Positions 60,461 through 63,167 of a stretch of DNA of 63,167 nucleotides are shown here, in pieces. The stretch covers positions 1 to 63,167 of the forward strand of contig JADMIN010000001.1 in NCBI GenBank assembly GCA_015478575.1, given 5' to 3'. The translations under genes and the position numbers were made by a program. Source of the DNA: Ktedonobacterales bacterium (GTDB taxonomy: Bacteria > Chloroflexota > Ktedonobacteria > Ktedonobacterales > JADMIN01). Every line of letters starts with the position of its first letter. Positions within the stretch are counted from its first letter, which is position 1. A model generated the notes under the pieces. It was not told where the DNA came from. It worked only from the letters and a program-made list of their open reading frames with translations, and made no database searches.

Positions 60461-60658
60461 CGTCTCGCCTCTCCGTCTCTCGCTCACTCGTTTGCCAAAC
60501 GCACACACAGTCGCGCAACGTTATAACGATAAGGGCGCACAACGCCGCCGACCTGGGGCCGTGACACCCCTATTCAAGCCCCCTTGCGACAACCCACTAC
60601 TACGCGGGTCCACTCTGGTGGACCTGCATACTCGTCGGTCGTAGCGCCTGCGTACCTC

Positions 60659-60880
60659 CTAGGCGGAGTCGCGCTCGCGCATCATCCGCTTGGCGGCCCG
60701 CCGCATGCCGTCTACGTCGTACTTCGCCAGTTTCTCTCGCGCCGCGTCGCTCATAAAGCGGCGGATGGAGTACGACTCACCAGCGGCTTTGCGTGCGGCG
60801 ACGACGAGTTGAATCTTCTCCAAATCCTCGTCCTCAATCCAGACCCGCGCCTGTCGCTGGTTGGCTGGAATACCCGACAT
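60659..60880 (-). CDS. ribbon-helix-helix (CopG/Arc-like) DNA-binding protein
   Basis: 73 aa. GGGAGGTGA lies before the ATG. ARVWIEDEDLEKIQLVVAARK fits an RHH strand-helix. Confidence 0.65.
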   Translation of the reverse strand: MSGIPANQRQARVWIEDEDLEKIQLVVAARKAAGESYSIRRFMSDAAREKLAKYDVDGMRRAAKRMMRERDSA

Positions 60881-61010
60881 ATCTCACCTCCCTCTACGCC
60901 GTTACTCGGACACATTCAGTGCGTCCATTCCACACACCACAGTATACACGATGCGCCTATGGCACGTCAATAGCATGTATCAGTCACTACCGCACTAGCC
61001 CACAAGTCCA

Positions 61011-62951
61011 TTAACCCGCTCGCACGTCCACCTGTGCCTGCCGCAGCGTGTCGAGCGCGTCACGTACGGCGGGATGCAGCCGCACAGCGGTCGTGACCAG
61101 CTCACAGGACGCGACGGGAGGCGCGGGGGCGTAGGAGGCGTGGTGGTAGCCTAAGAGCCGCACCGGCAGGCCGTGTGGCTCGATCAGCAGCGCCGCCATG
61201 CGGCCGCGCTCATCCGCGGTCATCCGCGACCAGAGCGTTGCCAGCGCGACGACCTGCCGCCCGGCGAAGATCAGGGCGTCCGCGTGGTGCGCCGCGCCGC
61301 CGCGACTGGCCGCCAGCGCCGCGTCGAGCCGCGCAATCTCCCGCTCCGCCTCCTGCACGCGCTGGTTGCGTTCGGCGCGGTCAATCAGCAGGTCGTGGTA
61401 CGACTCGATCACGCGCCGCCGCCGTTCCTGCCACGCCCGCCGCTCGCGTTCGAGGTCACGCCCCGTGCCGTCACCCGCGCCACTCCCGGAGCCGCCGCCG
61501 TGCCCGCGCTCACGTTCGCTGGCGGTGACGTAGCGGCGGATCATCGCTTCCCACTGCGCCGGGAACAACTGTTCTACCTGCGCCAGCCAGTCGAGCCACG
61601 CCGCCCGCACGTCCTCTACCCGTGCGAAATGCCCCTGGTCCGGGCACGTGACGCCGCGCTGTACCGCCTCACAGCGATACTGCTCATAGGTCGTGCGCGT
61701 TCCGTCCTTGCGCCGCTTCGAATAGAACCGGGTGACATACGCCCGCCCGCCACAGGTGGCACAGACGACCAGCCCGCGAAACTCCGCCGCGCTTTCCCCC
61801 GCTTCCGGGGCCGTGCGGTACGCGCCGCGCCGCCGCCCGCCGGTGGCGATGCCTTGCATCGTCTGCCACTCGTCCCACGTGCATGCCGCCACGTGCGCGC
61901 CGGGGTATTCGATGCCGGCGGAGACGACGGTGCCGTGCGTCTCCCCCGGCCGCCACGGGCGGTAAAAGACGTTGGCGCGAATGGTGGCGACGTTCTGGCG
62001 CGTGAAGCGGCCCAGCCAGGGATCGGCGCTGGCGGCGCGGTCGGGCACGGCATAGGCGGCGTTGTCCACGCGCCAGCGGCCAGCGGCGTTCAGCCGGTCT
62101 GCCACCTCTTGCGCGGTGTGACCGAGCAGGGTGAGCCGCTTCAACTCCTGATAGCCCGCCCACGCGCCGCCGCCATCCGGCCCATCGTCCGGCACCGGCG
62201 GCGCTTTGCCGAGCGCCTGCACGCCTTCCGGCAGTGGCTCATCCTCGCGGAGACGGCGGTAGCCGAACGGCACCCGGTTCATCTGCAAGCCGCGTTTGGC
62301 GCGTCCGCGGATGCCTTTCTTGACTTCCTCGCTCAAGTTGTCGGTGAAATATTGCGCGACGGAGCCGAGCATGTTGGCGAGCAGCTTGCCTTGCGGCGTG
62401 GTGAGGTCGGGCCGTTCGACAATCGAGAGGATGCCCACGCCCGCGCCGGAGAGGTCGCCTATCGCCTCCAGTTGCACCCGCAGGTTACGGCTGAAGCGGT
62501 CGAGCTTGTGGACGACGATCAGGTCGAGGCGGCCAGCGCGGGCGTCCGTGAGCATGCGCTGGAACTGGACGCGCTTGGCGAGCTTCTCGCCGCGTGCGCT
62601 CTTGCCCTCCTCGGTGTACCACGTGATGTCCCAGGCGGCGTTGCTGTCCCTACTGTCCCTGGCCCACGCCGCCGCTTCCTGCGTGATCGCGTCGCGCTGC
62701 TCGGAGATGCTATAACCTTGCAGTTGCTCCTCGCGTGACACGCGCGGATACGCCCCGACGCGCACCACGCGGGCTGCCGCTGGCGGCTGTTGCTGTTGTG
62801 GTGGGTGTTGCGGTGATGGGTGTTGCTGTCGCCGTAGATCGTTGTTTCGTGCCGCCACGTCCGCCACCCCTTCCCGCTCGTCCGGTCGTTGTCGTTCTCG
62901 TTGCCGCATCGCCAGTATAGCAAACCCGTGCGGGGTCATGGTCATGGTCAC
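61011..62951 (-). CDS. large serine recombinase (integrase)
   Basis: YPRVSREEQLQGYSISEQ, LDRFSRN, recombinase domain, CATCGG..C..C zinc ribbon, C-terminal coiled coil. Start is uncertain: GTG 62951, ATG 62945 or 62939, or further downstream. Confidence 0.9.
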   Translation of the reverse strand: MTMTMTPHGFAILAMRQRERQRPDEREGVADVAARNNDLRRQQHPSPQHPPQQQQPPAAARVVRVGAYPRVSREEQLQGYSISEQRDAITQEAAAWARDSRDSNAAWDITWYTEEGKSARGEKLAKRVQFQRMLTDARAGRLDLIVVHKLDRFSRNLRVQLEAIGDLSGAGVGILSIVERPDLTTPQGKLLANMLGSVAQYFTDNLSEEVKKGIRGRAKRGLQMNRVPFGYRRLREDEPLPEGVQALGKAPPVPDDGPDGGGAWAGYQELKRLTLLGHTAQEVADRLNAAGRWRVDNAAYAVPDRAASADPWLGRFTRQNVATIRANVFYRPWRPGETHGTVVSAGIEYPGAHVAACTWDEWQTMQGIATGGRRRGAYRTAPEAGESAAEFRGLVVCATCGGRAYVTRFYSKRRKDGTRTTYEQYRCEAVQRGVTCPDQGHFARVEDVRAAWLDWLAQVEQLFPAQWEAMIRRYVTASERERGHGGGSGSGAGDGTGRDLERERRAWQERRRRVIESYHDLLIDRAERNQRVQEAEREIARLDAALAASRGGAAHHADALIFAGRQVVALATLWSRMTADERGRMAALLIEPHGLPVRLLGYHHASYAPAPPVASCELVTTAVRLHPAVRDALDTLRQAQVDVRAG

Positions 62952-63099
62952 GGGTCATGGCGTGCGGCTGTTGCGCCTCAAGCGCCACGCGCCGTGCGAT
63001 GTCGCCCCACAGCGTCAGGAGCGCCAGCAGGTGCGGATGCAGCCGCTCGCCGCCGTAGGGGTCGCCGCGCCAGCAGAGCGGCAGGGTGGCATTCGTCAT
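62710..63099 (-). CDS. small ORF upstream of, and overlapping, the integrase 5' end
   Basis: AGGAG lies 5 nt before the ATG at 63099. The first ~55 aa look genuine (LPLCWRGDPYGGERLHPHLLALLTLWGDIARRV). The remainder overlaps int out of frame and looks like junk. Confidence 0.3.
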   Translation of the reverse strand: MTNATLPLCWRGDPYGGERLHPHLLALLTLWGDIARRVALEAQQPHAMTRDHDHDPARVCYTGDAATRTTTTGRAGRGGGRGGTKQRSTATATPITATPTTTATAASGSPRGARRGVSARVTRGATARL

Positions 63100-63120
63100 G
63101 GCTGCTCCTACTCTAGCGGC

Positions 63121-63167
63121 TCAGCAATTCTGAGCCAGCGCCGCCGCAATCGTCTGGACCGCCTCGC
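63121..63167 (-). CDS. 3' end of a gene continuing beyond the window
   Basis: The minus-strand frame reads ..EAVQTIAAALAQNC then TGA (complement of 63121-63123). Confidence 0.3.
   Translation of the reverse strand, partial: EAVQTIAAALAQNC

Larger units (their letters stand above)
1..63167. mobile_element. Temperate siphovirus-like (pro)phage segment from a high-GC host
   Basis: Contiguous integrase, regulator, methylase, replication, sigma, TerS/TerL, portal, head, tail, fibre and lysis modules. No housekeeping genes seen. att sites not identified. A minus-strand reading frame runs off the right edge, so the element may extend further. Confidence 0.85.

Noticed and set aside
60881-61010. 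Possible attP next to the serine integrase.
   Set aside because: I could not identify a convincing imperfect inverted repeat around a central dinucleotide by eye. The region also has to hold the RHH gene promoter. Comparison with a bacterial attB or the prophage junctions is needed, so no call was made.
61173-62738. 521-aa plus-strand ORF, and similar ones at 42237..43538 and 44664..46049.
   Set aside because: They are antisense to the integrase, the minor head/ParB genes and the portal respectively. They have no motifs and shadow-frame composition.

Overview
High-GC 63-kb window that reads as a nearly complete temperate siphovirus-type (pro)phage. The gene families look actinophage-like, but the host cannot be determined from sequence alone. 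From about 8.4 kb to 63.1 kb almost everything is on the minus strand in canonical order: large serine integrase, RHH regulator, DNA methyltransferases, replication module (initiator with internal iterons, DnaC-like loader, DnaB, Cas4/RecB-like nuclease), RpoD-like phage sigma factor plus MT-A70 methylase, ParB/methylase, TerS/TerL, portal, Mu-F-like minor head protein, protease/scaffold, major capsid, connectors, major tail, G/GT chaperones with a visible -1 slippery heptamer, tape measure, Dit/Tal, several fibre-like proteins, a wall-hydrolase island, and endolysin/holin. Positions 0-8.2 kb hold a plus-strand block of small early/accessory genes (ECF-type sigma, DUF4326, HicA-like, antirepressor-like, Xis-like HTH). 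This block sits next to a divergent promoter pair with overlapping -10 elements. Four plus-strand insertions interrupt the minus-strand late region: 10.4-11.9 kb, 20.2-20.9 kb, 28.9-29.3 kb and 40.8-41.6 kb. Many long ORFs in the track are GC-driven shadow frames and were rejected. Starts were re-placed using Shine-Dalgarno (SD) sequences and ATGA stop/start coupling. No single obvious new multi-gene system stands out. The best candidates for something undescribed are: (1) a C5 methyltransferase whose target-recognition domain lies in a different frame from both catalytic ends, alongside a ParB-methylase fusion split by a -1 shift in a GCC repeat; (2) an opposite-strand gene wedged between the GT chaperone and the tape measure, fronted by a 16-unit tetranucleotide repeat and a G4-capable tract; (3) a ~1.07-kb promoter-plus-serine-recombinase cassette flanked by 10-bp direct repeats inside the head module, next to an NTase/ParB-Srx gene pair; (4) an accessory muralytic island that includes a translationally coupled HNH-membrane-amidase triad; (5) short tandem repeats spread across the genome and recurring intergenic boxes. 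All family assignments come from motif recognition by eye and need database confirmation.
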